A DNA stretch of 64,000 nucleotides from an uncultured Bacilli bacterium (GTDB lineage: Bacteria; Bacillota_I; Bacilli_A; ML615J-28; CAG-698): assembly GCA_934096585.1 (NCBI GenBank), contig CAKOMG010000002.1, positions 71,277 through 135,276 of the forward strand, in the 5' to 3' direction. The notes under the pieces were generated by a model. That model saw only the letters and a list, made by a program, of their open reading frames with translations, searched no databases and had not been told where the DNA came from. A program made the translations under genes and the position numbers. How positions within the stretch are numbered: position 1 is the first letter of the stretch; every line of letters begins with the position of its first letter. Of this stretch, positions 1-8,770 are shown one piece after another.

Positions 1-1
1 T

Positions 2-223
2 GATTCTTTTGAAGAAGCATTTGAAATTAAAGAATATGGAAAAAAAGTAAAATATATAGAATATCTAACATTAAATAAATATTTACAAAAAGAATCTTTT
101 GGAATATCTATGTGTTATTATAGTAATTTTAATAGTTGCATATTATTCGATGGCGGAATTTCAAAAAGAAATATTATGTTTTCTATTGAAGGTGTTAACG
201 AAATTATTATTAAAGAACTTTAA
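2..223 (+). CDS. 3' end (73 codons) of an ORF that enters from upstream of the window; product unknown
   Basis: Stop-free frame from base 2 to TAA at 221-223 (DSFEEAFEIKEYGKK...NEIIIKEL*). No start codon in the window, so it is absent from the ORF track. Confidence 0.3.
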   Translation, partial: DSFEEAFEIKEYGKKVKYIEYLTLNKYLQKESFGISMCYYSNFNSCILFDGGISKRNIMFSIEGVNEIIIKEL

Positions 224-242
224 AAAATAGGAGTAGACTATA

Positions 243-395
243 ATGAAGAGACAAAGAGGTAATGAAGGAGAAAAATATATTAATTCTTTTCCTAAATTAA
301 AAAAGTGGATTAATGAATGTTTATGTTGTCATGAGAAAGTTATTAATGGTACAAAATTTAGAGAAATTAAGATTATCTATAAGTTTATAGGTTAA
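243..395 (+). CDS. small 50-aa ORF with a CxCC-H motif (MKRQRGNEGEKYINSFPKLKKWINECLCCHEKVINGTKFREIKIIYKFIG)
   Basis: ATG at 243 is preceded by AGGAG (229-233) at good spacing. It is below the ORF-track size cutoff. Function unknown. Confidence 0.3.
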   Translation: MKRQRGNEGEKYINSFPKLKKWINECLCCHEKVINGTKFREIKIIYKFIG

Positions 396-416
396 TTTAG
401 AAAGGAGGTAGCAGTA

Positions 417-1421
417 ATGATAGATAAAAGTTATGTAACAGTGGTAGAAGACATTAAAAAGCAAATTAGAAGTGCTCAACATAGAGCGATTTTAAATGCT
501 AATAAAGAAATGTTAATTCTATATTGGAATATTGGTAAAGTAATTAATGAAAACAGTACATGGGGAAGTAAATTTTTAAGAAATTTATCTAAAGAGATTA
601 CAAGCGAATTTCCATTCGCTAAAGGTTTTTCAGTTTCTAACCTAAAAAATATGGCTAAATTTTATAGAGAATATTGTGATGTTGAAATTGGCCAGACGCC
701 GTCTGTCCAAATTCCATGGAGCCATAATTTGGAAATTTTAAGGGTAAAATCTAAAGAACAAAGACTTTGGTATATTAATAAAACTATTGAAAATGGTTGG
801 TCAGTAAATGTTTTAGCTCATCAAATTGATACTAATCTTTATGCGCGTCAAATTGAGCAAAAGAAAGTAGCAAATTTTGAAACAAAGCTTCCTAGTTCAC
901 AAAGTGAATTGGCATTAGAAACAATGAAAGATCCTTATGTATTTGATTTTATTGAATTAAAAGAAGATGCTAAAGAAAAAGATTTAGAAGATGCTTTAAT
1001 TAATAATATAACTAAAGTTCTACTAGAATTAGGAAAAGGTTTCGCATTTGTAGGTCATCAATATCATTTAGAAGTAGCCGGTGAGGACTATTATATTGAT
1101 TTATTATTTTATAATATTAAATTAAAATGTTATGTTGTTATAGAACTAAAAATTGGCGAATTTAAACCAGAATATGCAGGTCAATTAAGTTTTTACTTGA
1201 CTGCAATTGATGAGCAAGTTAAAGAAGTTAATGATAATCCAACAATTGGCTTATTATTATGTAGACATAAAAATAATGTTGTTGCTGAATATACCTTAAG
1301 AGATATGAATAAACCAATGGGAGTAAGTGAATATAGAATTAAAGATTACTTGCCAGAAAACTTACAAAATGAATTACCTTCAATTGAAGAGTTAATTACA
1401 ATTGTTAAAAAAGAAATATAA
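417..1421 (+). CDS. YhcG/DUF1016-family PD-(D/E)xK nuclease-fold protein
   Basis: RBS GGAGG precedes the start. The C-terminal 'IDLLFYN...VVIELKIGEFKPEYAGQLSFYL' fits the D...E-x-K restriction-endonuclease-like core. The N-terminal region resembles DUF1016_N. Family assignment is from memory of YhcG-like proteins. Confidence 0.65.
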   Translation: MIDKSYVTVVEDIKKQIRSAQHRAILNANKEMLILYWNIGKVINENSTWGSKFLRNLSKEITSEFPFAKGFSVSNLKNMAKFYREYCDVEIGQTPSVQIPWSHNLEILRVKSKEQRLWYINKTIENGWSVNVLAHQIDTNLYARQIEQKKVANFETKLPSSQSELALETMKDPYVFDFIELKEDAKEKDLEDALINNITKVLLELGKGFAFVGHQYHLEVAGEDYYIDLLFYNIKLKCYVVIELKIGEFKPEYAGQLSFYLTAIDEQVKEVNDNPTIGLLLCRHKNNVVAEYTLRDMNKPMGVSEYRIKDYLPENLQNELPSIEELITIVKKEI

Positions 1422-1442
1422 AAATATAAAGAAGGAATTTAT

Positions 1443-2069
1443 ATGAACAGAAAAGAGCTAAGTCAAAATCATTGGAAATACTATTTGATGCTTGAAAAAA
1501 GATTTATGGAGTCAATAGAATATGTTGAACTTCATAAGGATAATTTTGATGCATTTTCAAATGGGTATGCACTTTTAATTCAAGCAATTGGAGCAGAGTT
1601 AGACACAGTATTTAAAGAGTTCTGTGGTTTTAATACAGATGACCGAAAATACATTAGTGATTATGCGCAACATATTTTAACAATTAATCCAGATATAAAA
1701 AATAATAAGATTATAGTAAAAGACTACGATATTGAGATTCAACCATTTGCCCAATGGGATGCTAGTCTAGCTGCGCAATCATTAAGTTGGTGGACAGCAT
1801 TTACAGATATAAAGCACAATAGATATGACAAAATCAAACAAGCCAATCAAGAAAACGTATTAAATATTTTGGGAGCATTATGTTTAATAGAAATGTTGTT
1901 TTTAAAACAAATTACAGATGGAACAGAAGAATTTGATGTTTTTGATGAATCTTCAAATCTATTTCTTTTTAAAGATTGGTCAACTAAAGCTGTTCCTTTA
2001 AATCAAGCGTTCGCAGTATTAAGTGATATGTTTGATGGTGATGAATCTTCAAAAAAATTTGACGTATAA
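1443..2069 (+). CDS. hypothetical 208-aa cytoplasmic protein, tightly linked to the upstream nuclease gene
   Basis: 21-nt gap after the YhcG-like gene and AGGAAT-type RBS. No signal peptide and no recognisable catalytic motif. No clear HEPN R-x4-6-H motif. Confidence 0.45.
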   Translation: MNRKELSQNHWKYYLMLEKRFMESIEYVELHKDNFDAFSNGYALLIQAIGAELDTVFKEFCGFNTDDRKYISDYAQHILTINPDIKNNKIIVKDYDIEIQPFAQWDASLAAQSLSWWTAFTDIKHNRYDKIKQANQENVLNILGALCLIEMLFLKQITDGTEEFDVFDESSNLFLFKDWSTKAVPLNQAFAVLSDMFDGDESSKKFDV

Positions 2070-2089
2070 ACTTTTTTAATTAAAAATTT

Positions 2090-2884
2090 TTGATTGAGGA
2101 TACTCGTAATAGCCCTGTCGAAACATCATTATACTATTGTAACTCTAGATATTATGATTCAGAAATAAGAAGATGGATATCAATAGATGATATAAATTAT
2201 CTTGATTCAGAAACTATAAATGGCGTTAATTTATACGCATATTGTATGAATAATCCTGTTATGTGTTCTGATTCAAGCGGACATCTACCTAAATGGTTGA
2301 CTGGAATGAAAAGAATTATTACAGGAATAGGAGCTATTGTTGCAGGCGCATTAGTTATAGCCAGTGGAGTTGCATTAGTGCCTATGCTCATTGTAGCAGG
2401 AGTGACGATTGCTGCAGGTGTATTAACAACTGTAAATGGTGTAGCAGATATACAACAATCTATTACAGGTGATAATTTTATTCGCGACAATATATTTAAT
2501 GGAGATCAAAGTTCATATAATTTTTATGCTGGTATTACTGAAGAAATTGCTACAATTGGAAGTATTATTTGTGGCGGTTGGTATAAAGCGAACCAACCAA
2601 GAATTCAAGCCTATAAAAATGTTGATAATTATAATTTTTCTGGAACATTATCGGATTCTACCCATTTAGCCAGACCATACCAACATTCAACATTACTTCA
2701 AAGAAACATTATTAAATATGGAAAAATGGTAAAAGAACCTTCAGGTATTTATAACTTCACGATTGGTGGATCTTATAAAATTGGTTGGGTTTCTTATGGC
2801 GTTGGAAATGTTGGAAGCCATCCAGTTACTTGGAAATTGGTATTAGATATTGGTAAACAAATTATCGAACATGCAGGATTTTAA
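2090..2884 (+). CDS. orphan RHS/YD-repeat core C-terminal junction fused to a polymorphic-toxin C-terminal (CT) domain; truncated toxin-tip cassette
   Basis: Starts at TTG, 3 codons after an in-frame TAA (2081-2083). The N-terminal 45 aa 'LYYCNSRYYDSEIRRWISIDDINYLDSETINGVNLYAYCMNNPVMCSDSSGH' match the conserved end of the RHS repeat-associated core (RYYDPxxGRxISxDP...NLYAYxxNNPVxxxDPxG). That is followed by a Gly-zipper TM pair (GIGAIVAGALVIASGVALVPMLIVAGVTIAAGV) and a 150-aa unknown domain. No RHS repeat body lies upstream. Confidence 0.7.
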   Translation: MIEDTRNSPVETSLYYCNSRYYDSEIRRWISIDDINYLDSETINGVNLYAYCMNNPVMCSDSSGHLPKWLTGMKRIITGIGAIVAGALVIASGVALVPMLIVAGVTIAAGVLTTVNGVADIQQSITGDNFIRDNIFNGDQSSYNFYAGITEEIATIGSIICGGWYKANQPRIQAYKNVDNYNFSGTLSDSTHLARPYQHSTLLQRNIIKYGKMVKEPSGIYNFTIGGSYKIGWVSYGVGNVGSHPVTWKLVLDIGKQIIEHAGF

Positions 2885-2896
2885 TAGGAGGTAGGT

Positions 2897-3340
2897 ATGA
2901 AGATATTTTATAAATTAAGTGATAATTATAATCCGAATTACGTAGAAAAACATGCTGACAACTCTTTTGGATCTGATGAAGTGTATTTTGATTTTCAAGT
3001 TTCGTTAACATCTAATCGTTCATTTATCTTGAATTTTGATATTTACTCAAAGAAATGTGTATCATGTGAAGGCTATCTATTAATCGATAAGAAAACTAAA
3101 AACGAAAATATAGTTATTGAAAAATTCAGTAATGGTGAATTATTAATTGAACTAGAAGATTTTGAAAAAGAAGTACCTATGAAAGAATATTTATTAAATG
3201 GTAAGATTAAATATGATATTAATAAATCACGAATTAGCATAGGCGATATTAATAGTAACGAAGTTATTATGTTTGGGAAAGGTCAATATGCATCCTTTCA
3301 AAATGATAAATTAATTGGTGTAATTATCGATTTTAAATAA
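2897..3340 (+). CDS. putative cognate immunity protein for the RHS-CT toxin (147 aa, cytoplasmic)
   Basis: Starts 12 nt after the toxin-tip ORF with RBS GGAGGTAGG. Small acidic protein in the canonical immunity-gene position. No family recognised. Confidence 0.45.
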   Translation: MKIFYKLSDNYNPNYVEKHADNSFGSDEVYFDFQVSLTSNRSFILNFDIYSKKCVSCEGYLLIDKKTKNENIVIEKFSNGELLIELEDFEKEVPMKEYLLNGKIKYDINKSRISIGDINSNEVIMFGKGQYASFQNDKLIGVIIDFK

Positions 3341-3491
3341 ATAACAAATTACTTTCACAAATAAAATAATGCATTTATTGGTTTTAGTGGTAAAAATGCA
3401 ATGTATGATGTAATTCATATGGTTGGGGAAAAATCATTACTTAGAATGACAGTTCCGTCATTATTTACTGGAGGTATATTAGGAGGAATTT

Positions 3492-3905
3492 ATGCTAGAG
3501 TTAGTTCACGTCTTAACCCAAACGGAAATTTTATTGGAATCTGATATGTTTAGAACTTTGCTTACAGCATATTTGTATATGCTAATAATGCTATTTTTTG
3601 CCTTTTTGAATATCTATTCAACGGATGAATATGAATTCATGCACAACGAACAAAAATGCTGGGAATTTAAACATAGAATGTTTTTTATAATAATGAAATC
3701 TAAAGAAAAACATATAGTTTCAAAGAAAACATTTATATTAGAATTAATAGGATATTTAATATTTATTTTGACAATTACTGTATTTATTTGTTCTCTTAAA
3801 CAAACTGTTACAGTAGCAATAATTTTATTAGCATTTGTTGCAATAATTATTATTACATTTGGCTGTATAACAGGTTGTATGTATAGAAAAATAAAAAAAA
3901 GATAA
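3492..3905 (+). CDS. small integral membrane protein (3-4 TM)
   Basis: Hydrophobic segments LLTAYLYMLIMLFFAFL and LIGYLIFILTITVFICS...AIILLAFVAIIIITFGCI. RBS GGAGG upstream. Confidence 0.4.
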   Translation: MLELVHVLTQTEILLESDMFRTLLTAYLYMLIMLFFAFLNIYSTDEYEFMHNEQKCWEFKHRMFFIIMKSKEKHIVSKKTFILELIGYLIFILTITVFICSLKQTVTVAIILLAFVAIIIITFGCITGCMYRKIKKR

Positions 3906-3931
3906 TTTGGTGAAAGGTATTTGAAAAGCAA

Positions 3932-4219
3932 ATGAAATCATTTTCTTTAAAAAACATTACATTTACTAAAGATGAAGTCATAATTAATAAAAAAAAGAAA
4001 CAAATTAAATGTCCTATTGATAACATTAAACAAATCAAGTATACTCGTATAACGTTTATTAATTTTTTGCTTGCATATGGTTCGGATTATCAGCCTGGCT
4101 GGTTCCAAATAACATTCAAAAATCGTGTTGACAAAACGTATAGTTATGGCTTTTTCGTTAAGTATTCTGATTTAAAGAAATTACCGAAAGAATTTTTAGA
4201 AAAAGTCACAATTGATTAA
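3932..4219 (+). CDS. hypothetical 95-aa protein
   Basis: ORF with an upstream GAAAGG. No recognisable motifs. Confidence 0.3.
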   Translation: MKSFSLKNITFTKDEVIINKKKKQIKCPIDNIKQIKYTRITFINFLLAYGSDYQPGWFQITFKNRVDKTYSYGFFVKYSDLKKLPKEFLEKVTID

Positions 4220-4487
4220 ATACTTTTTATACTATGATTGAAAGGCGGTTTTAATGGAAAACAAAAAAACATTAAAATATACAAAATGTTTTAAAGTACA
4301 TGAAGAAGAATTAACATGGGAATTATTTATAAAATATTTAAATGAAAATATGGAATTTTGTTTTAATTTTAACAATATGACAATTGACATTGCATTTCAT
4401 TAATTGATAAGTCTTCTAGAGAGGCTAATAAACATAAATAATCAAGTAAAATATTAATTAGATAAAAATAAAATTATAGGAGATGTT

Positions 4488-5192
4488 ATGATATTAGGTT
4501 TAGCAGCATATAAGTTCATAAATAATGATATAAAATTTAATATTAGCCAAATAAAAAAAGCAATTTTAACATCTAAAAATATAGATATGTTATGCTTTGG
4601 TGAAGCGTTCCTACATGGGTTTGATGCTTTTAATTGGAATTATGAAAATGATAAAAAAATAGCAATCTCTAAAAATTCTAATATTATGAAAACATTAGAA
4701 CAATTATCTAAAGATTATAATGTTGATTTATCATTTGGTTATTTAGAAATAGATGATGAAAAATTATACTCATCATATGCGGTAATCATTAATGGAAAAT
4801 TAACTTATAATTATAGAAGAATAACTGTTGGATGGAAAGAGTATTCTAAGACAGATTTTCACTATAAAGAAGGTAAAGATATATTAACATTCAATTATAA
4901 AGGTTATGATATAACTATTTCATTATGTGGAGATTTATGGGAATGTCCTAAAAAGTTTAAAAATAATGGTTTGTTACTATGGCCAGTATATGTGAATTTT
5001 ACAATTGAAGAATGGAAAACTGAAGAAATTGAATATGCTAAACAAGCTTTAATTGCCTGTAATAATACTTTTATGATTAATTCGTTAAGTGAAAATCCTG
5101 ATTGTTATGGAGGATGTTTTTGTTTTCAAAATGGTAAAATAGTAAAAAAACTTGATTTTGATATAGAAGGAATTCTCAGTATAATTGTATGA
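4488..5192 (+). CDS. carbon-nitrogen hydrolase (nitrilase superfamily)-like protein, possibly degenerate
   Basis: Glu motif 'MLCFGEAFLHGF' and Cys motif 'ISLCGDLWECP' are spaced as in CN hydrolases. The expected catalytic Lys position reads 'NYRRITVGW' (Arg), so activity is uncertain. RBS GGAG upstream. Confidence 0.45.
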   Translation: MILGLAAYKFINNDIKFNISQIKKAILTSKNIDMLCFGEAFLHGFDAFNWNYENDKKIAISKNSNIMKTLEQLSKDYNVDLSFGYLEIDDEKLYSSYAVIINGKLTYNYRRITVGWKEYSKTDFHYKEGKDILTFNYKGYDITISLCGDLWECPKKFKNNGLLLWPVYVNFTIEEWKTEEIEYAKQALIACNNTFMINSLSENPDCYGGCFCFQNGKIVKKLDFDIEGILSIIV

Positions 5193-6208
5193 TTGTGAGG
5201 AATAGCATTAACCGATTAAACAAATAGTTCAAATTACTAATGAATTCTATTCTTGCTTTTGTGGAATAAGTGTTTCATAATTACAAAGTAATATACATTT
5301 TGTATGTAACATTGATAAAGATGATATGGTCAAAGGATTTAATTGTAGATATACTTTATAGGTGCTTATTAAAAATGATTTAAGTGTAATCTCCTATAGT
5401 CCAAAATATACTGATTTTTTACAAATTAAAAAGAAAAAAATAAGATTATATTTCAAATGTTATAGAGAAAGAATTTTAAACAAAAAATGCAAGCGCTGAT
5501 TTTTAGAAATGAGTCAGTAAATAACGTTGTTGAAGCAAGAATACTAAATAAAGATGATTTCAAAAGTAATAAAGGATTTTTTAGTAAAATTCATCTTGAA
5601 ATTAATTCAGATGAGTGGCTTCAAGAATATTTTCAAGAAAAAGTTATTAAAGGCTATTTTAATTGTTACTTTACCTGAAGAAAGAAATAAATGTTATGCT
5701 AACAAACAGCCACATTAACTACGCATAATTTAATTAAAAAATGTATTTGCCCTCAAAGGGAATGCAAGTATGATAATATTGCATCTATATCATTAGCAGG
5801 ATCCATCGGTTATATAAAGTATGGAGTTGCATTAATAGTTGAAGAATAATTAATAAAACATGTATCATTAATGATTGACACACACATTAACGTAAATAAA
5901 AAAATATATTAGCATATATCTTATTATTAAAGCGTTAAAACAATGATAATTAAACAAAGTATAAAAATTAAATTCCTAAGTCTGCTTTAGTACACTCTTG
6001 GAAATAAGCTCTCTTTGGAAAAAGGGGGCTTTTTGTTTAAAAATAAATTATTATATGCAGTTTGCATATAATAATGCATGAATGTAAAAGACAGTGTGGG
6101 AAGGTATTATAGGAGTGTTTATTTAGTATATATGAAAATCATCAAAGAGTTGTATACGGCTAGAAGTATATTAGTTCAATTTAAAATGAAAGGAGATGAA
6201 AAGTACAA

Positions 6209-6700
6209 ATGAAAAGAATAATTGTGTTATTTATGATGCTCATTTTAAATATTTTTATAATAACTGGATGTTCAAATAAAAATTTGTATGATGCGAAAAT
6301 AATTACTAGTAACTACGAATTTAATGAAGATTTTCTAATAAATAACAAAACTTTTGGTGCTGATTCAAATGATGGACATTACATAGACGATGATACGTTC
6401 CCTAAAGAGCGAATGATAATAGTTGATAATGAAACAAGTTTTAATAATACTTTTAAAACCTTTGAAGATATAGATTTCAATAAAAAAATGATTGTAATGC
6501 ATGCATTTACCACTGCATCAAATAGTGAGTATGAGCTAAAAAATATAGAACTTAACGGAAAAAAATTAACAATTGAATATAAAACAAAAAACACAAATAG
6601 AATTAATCCACCTAATGCATCTAAACCTGATACAAAATGGGTAATTGTAAAATTAGATTTGTTAGATATTAATGAAGTAAACTTTGTTTTTTTAGCTTAA
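6209..6700 (+). CDS. small lipoprotein (163 aa)
   Basis: Signal peptide MKRIIVLFMMLILNIFIITGC with lipobox ITGC. RBS AAAGGAG upstream. Confidence 0.55.
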   Translation: MKRIIVLFMMLILNIFIITGCSNKNLYDAKIITSNYEFNEDFLINNKTFGADSNDGHYIDDDTFPKERMIIVDNETSFNNTFKTFEDIDFNKKMIVMHAFTTASNSEYELKNIELNGKKLTIEYKTKNTNRINPPNASKPDTKWVIVKLDLLDINEVNFVFLA

Positions 6701-6730
6701 TAAATTATTTAAGGAGTAAAAAGGAGTATA

Positions 6731-6979
6731 ATTAAAAAGACTATAAAATATATTTTTTTTATATCAATACTTTGTTTTTTATTAATACCTTTTATTAATA
6801 ATAATAAAGTAAATGCCACAGAAATAAATAATAATGAAGTAAGTGTAAAGAATTTTCAAAGTGTTGATAGCATAGGATATTTATATAATTTTGATGGTTC
6901 GCCAGATTATATTTATATTGATTTTATGGGCAAGAATGGATATGTTATTTTTTCAAATGAAAGGAACGATGTGAAATGA
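6731..6979 (+). CDS. small secreted protein with a textbook Sec signal peptide but no canonical start codon (frame opens at 6713; candidate ATT/ATA start at 6728-6733)
   Basis: Frame reads IKKTIKYIFFISILCFLLIPFINNNKVNA|TEINNNEVS..., with a K-rich n-region, hydrophobic core and VNA cleavage site. AAGGAG at 6721-6726 lies 4 nt upstream of ATT 6731. The stop overlaps the ATG of the next lipoprotein gene (ATGA). Confidence 0.3.
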   Translation: MKKTIKYIFFISILCFLLIPFINNNKVNATEINNNEVSVKNFQSVDSIGYLYNFDGSPDYIYIDFMGKNGYVIFSNERNDVK

Positions 6980-7404
6980 AAAGAGTATTAATGATGTGTT
7001 TCATTAATTTTATGATTATAATATGCTTATCTGGTTGTTCAGCTACAAATACTGGTGAAATTATAGAGAACAAACCATTTTATAGTTTGCAAGCAGCATA
7101 TAATAATGAAATGATTTCAAAGAAAAATTTAAGAAAGATAAAACAACAATTAGGAGAAGAAAATTATATTGAGTTAGATGAAAAAATAGCTGATCAAATA
7201 ATTAATGATTACATTGAAGTAAATCCTCAATTTAAAGAAACAAAAGTAACAATAAACAAATATTTAGGTACATATGATGGTGCAGTTGTTCTTATGATAA
7301 GGTCAGATGCACAATTGTTTCAAAATGTTTTAACTACCGAATTAATTTCAGGTATATCATTCAATTATAAAAATAGTCAAAAAATATTAATATGGAAGGA
7401 ATGA
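6976..7404 (+). CDS. small lipoprotein (142 aa)
   Basis: MKRVLMMCFINFMIIICLSGC with lipobox LSGC. Confidence 0.55.
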   Translation: MKRVLMMCFINFMIIICLSGCSATNTGEIIENKPFYSLQAAYNNEMISKKNLRKIKQQLGEENYIELDEKIADQIINDYIEVNPQFKETKVTINKYLGTYDGAVVLMIRSDAQLFQNVLTTELISGISFNYKNSQKILIWKE

Positions 7405-7413
7405 GTATAATAT

Positions 7414-7911
7414 ATGAATAGAATTATAAAAAAAGGAATACTTTTATTTTTTATGATTGTTTGTTCAGGATGCATAAAAGAGACAAATCAATATAAAATT
7501 TCTTTTGAGGGAAAAGGAGGATTTGGTTTTAATGCAGATGATTCTACTTATTGTATAACGGAATTAATCCATTCTAAAGATGAATTAGAGCAATTATCGG
7601 ACAAAATGAATAATGGATATTTTGATGAATTTAGTACTAATTTTAATAATGAAATTGCTCTGAAAGTTAGAAGTTTCGATAAAAATTTTTTTGAAAATAA
7701 TAATTTAATTATATGTGTAATTGATGCAAGTAGTTCATATGATTATTTTATTGATAATTTAGATTTAAATGAAAATAAACTTATTATTAATATTAAAAAA
7801 TCAAAGAAAAAAGGAACTTTTACGGATGAAGCTTATTCTTATTTGTTTATCATTGAAGTGAATAAAAATTATACTAAAGATATTGAACATTTAGAAACAA
7901 AAACTAAATAG
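7414..7911 (+). CDS. small lipoprotein (165 aa)
   Basis: MNRIIKKGILLFFMIVCSGC with lipobox CSGC. Confidence 0.55.
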   Translation: MNRIIKKGILLFFMIVCSGCIKETNQYKISFEGKGGFGFNADDSTYCITELIHSKDELEQLSDKMNNGYFDEFSTNFNNEIALKVRSFDKNFFENNNLIICVIDASSSYDYFIDNLDLNENKLIINIKKSKKKGTFTDEAYSYLFIIEVNKNYTKDIEHLETKTK

Positions 7912-7925
7912 TGGAGGTTAACTTA

Positions 7926-8267
7926 ATGAAAAGAATCATTGTTGTCGTTATGGGTTTACTGTTTATAATGTGTTTAGCAGGATGCAAAAATGAAAAACAA
8001 TATAGTGATGATGGAATAATAATAGAGATAAAATCAACTTATAAAAGCAAATTTTTAAATAAAGAATTTGAACTAAATGATTTTAATTTTCAAAATATTG
8101 AAACATATTCATATTCAAAATGGTATGACAAACAAAATAGAGGTTATATATTTATATATTTAAAGAAAACAGGAAAACAAGAAGTAGAAGAAGCATTGCA
8201 ACATTTTAAACAATTATCTTTTGTAGAAGAATGTGAACAAATGCCTATCATTTCATTAATTGAATAA
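7926..8267 (+). CDS. small lipoprotein (113 aa)
   Basis: MKRIIVVVMGLLFIMCLAGC with lipobox LAGC. The track start at 7911 (GTG) sits inside the GGAGG RBS, so the ATG at 7926 is preferred. Confidence 0.55.
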   Translation: MKRIIVVVMGLLFIMCLAGCKNEKQYSDDGIIIEIKSTYKSKFLNKEFELNDFNFQNIETYSYSKWYDKQNRGYIFIYLKKTGKQEVEEALQHFKQLSFVEECEQMPIISLIE

Positions 8268-8468
8268 TAAAGGAAAAATTTATAAAAAACAAAATTTTTA
8301 ATAAAATATTATTTCTAATAATCATTTTTTTACTGGGGATAGCAATTATAAGAGATGATAATGAAAAATATTGTATTGAAATTGATTGAAAAACAAATGT
8401 TGGTTATGTAATGCAAAAATTAAACAATAAAACAATTGTGCTTGGTACTAAGGAGGTGAAGAATAAAA

Positions 8469-8723
8469 ATGAAATTATATAATAAAAGTGATTTAAAATT
8501 TAATTTAATACTAAGTTGTATTATAAGCATAGTTATTTCATTAATACCTGTAATAATTCGTATTATTAAATATGCACATTTAAACGAATATGGAGCTTGG
8601 ACATGGCTTATTTTATTTGTTTATTGGCTTATTTTACTTTTAATTTCAATTGCCGTATCTTATTTAATAATTCTTTTAATAATAGTTTTATACAACAATC
8701 ATAAAATAAATATGCAAAAATAA
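8469..8723 (+). CDS. small membrane protein (84 aa, 2 TM)
   Basis: RBS AGGAGGTG upstream. Hydrophobic stretches ILSCIISIVISLIPVII and TWLILFVYWLILLLISIAVSYLIILLIIVL. Confidence 0.4.
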   Translation: MKLYNKSDLKFNLILSCIISIVISLIPVIIRIIKYAHLNEYGAWTWLILFVYWLILLLISIAVSYLIILLIIVLYNNHKINMQK

Positions 8724-8770
8724 AGAAATTATTTAAAGGTGAAATAGTATTAGCTTTTTTAGTAATTATT

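Noticed and set aside
2197-4038. Antisense or overlapping small ORFs in the ORF track (2197-2490 -, 2469-2669 +, 3614-3931 -, 3853-4038 -), and similar ones elsewhere such as 16235-16513 -, 20173-20364 -, 28341-28757 -, 35204-35644 -, 37474-37887 -, 39820-40155 -, 61422-61829 -
   Set aside because: Each lies entirely within or opposite a longer, motif-supported CDS and has low-complexity, AT-codon-driven composition. These are typical spurious ORFs in AT-rich DNA.
5193-6208. 1-kb non-coding gap, including the small ORF 5487-5678, examined for RNA genes, repeats or CRISPR
   Set aside because: No direct-repeat/spacer periodicity, no tRNA-like or riboswitch-like conserved motifs, and no convincing hairpin-plus-T-run were found. 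The 63-aa ORF has no RBS and low-complexity composition. The gap is probably decayed intergenic DNA.
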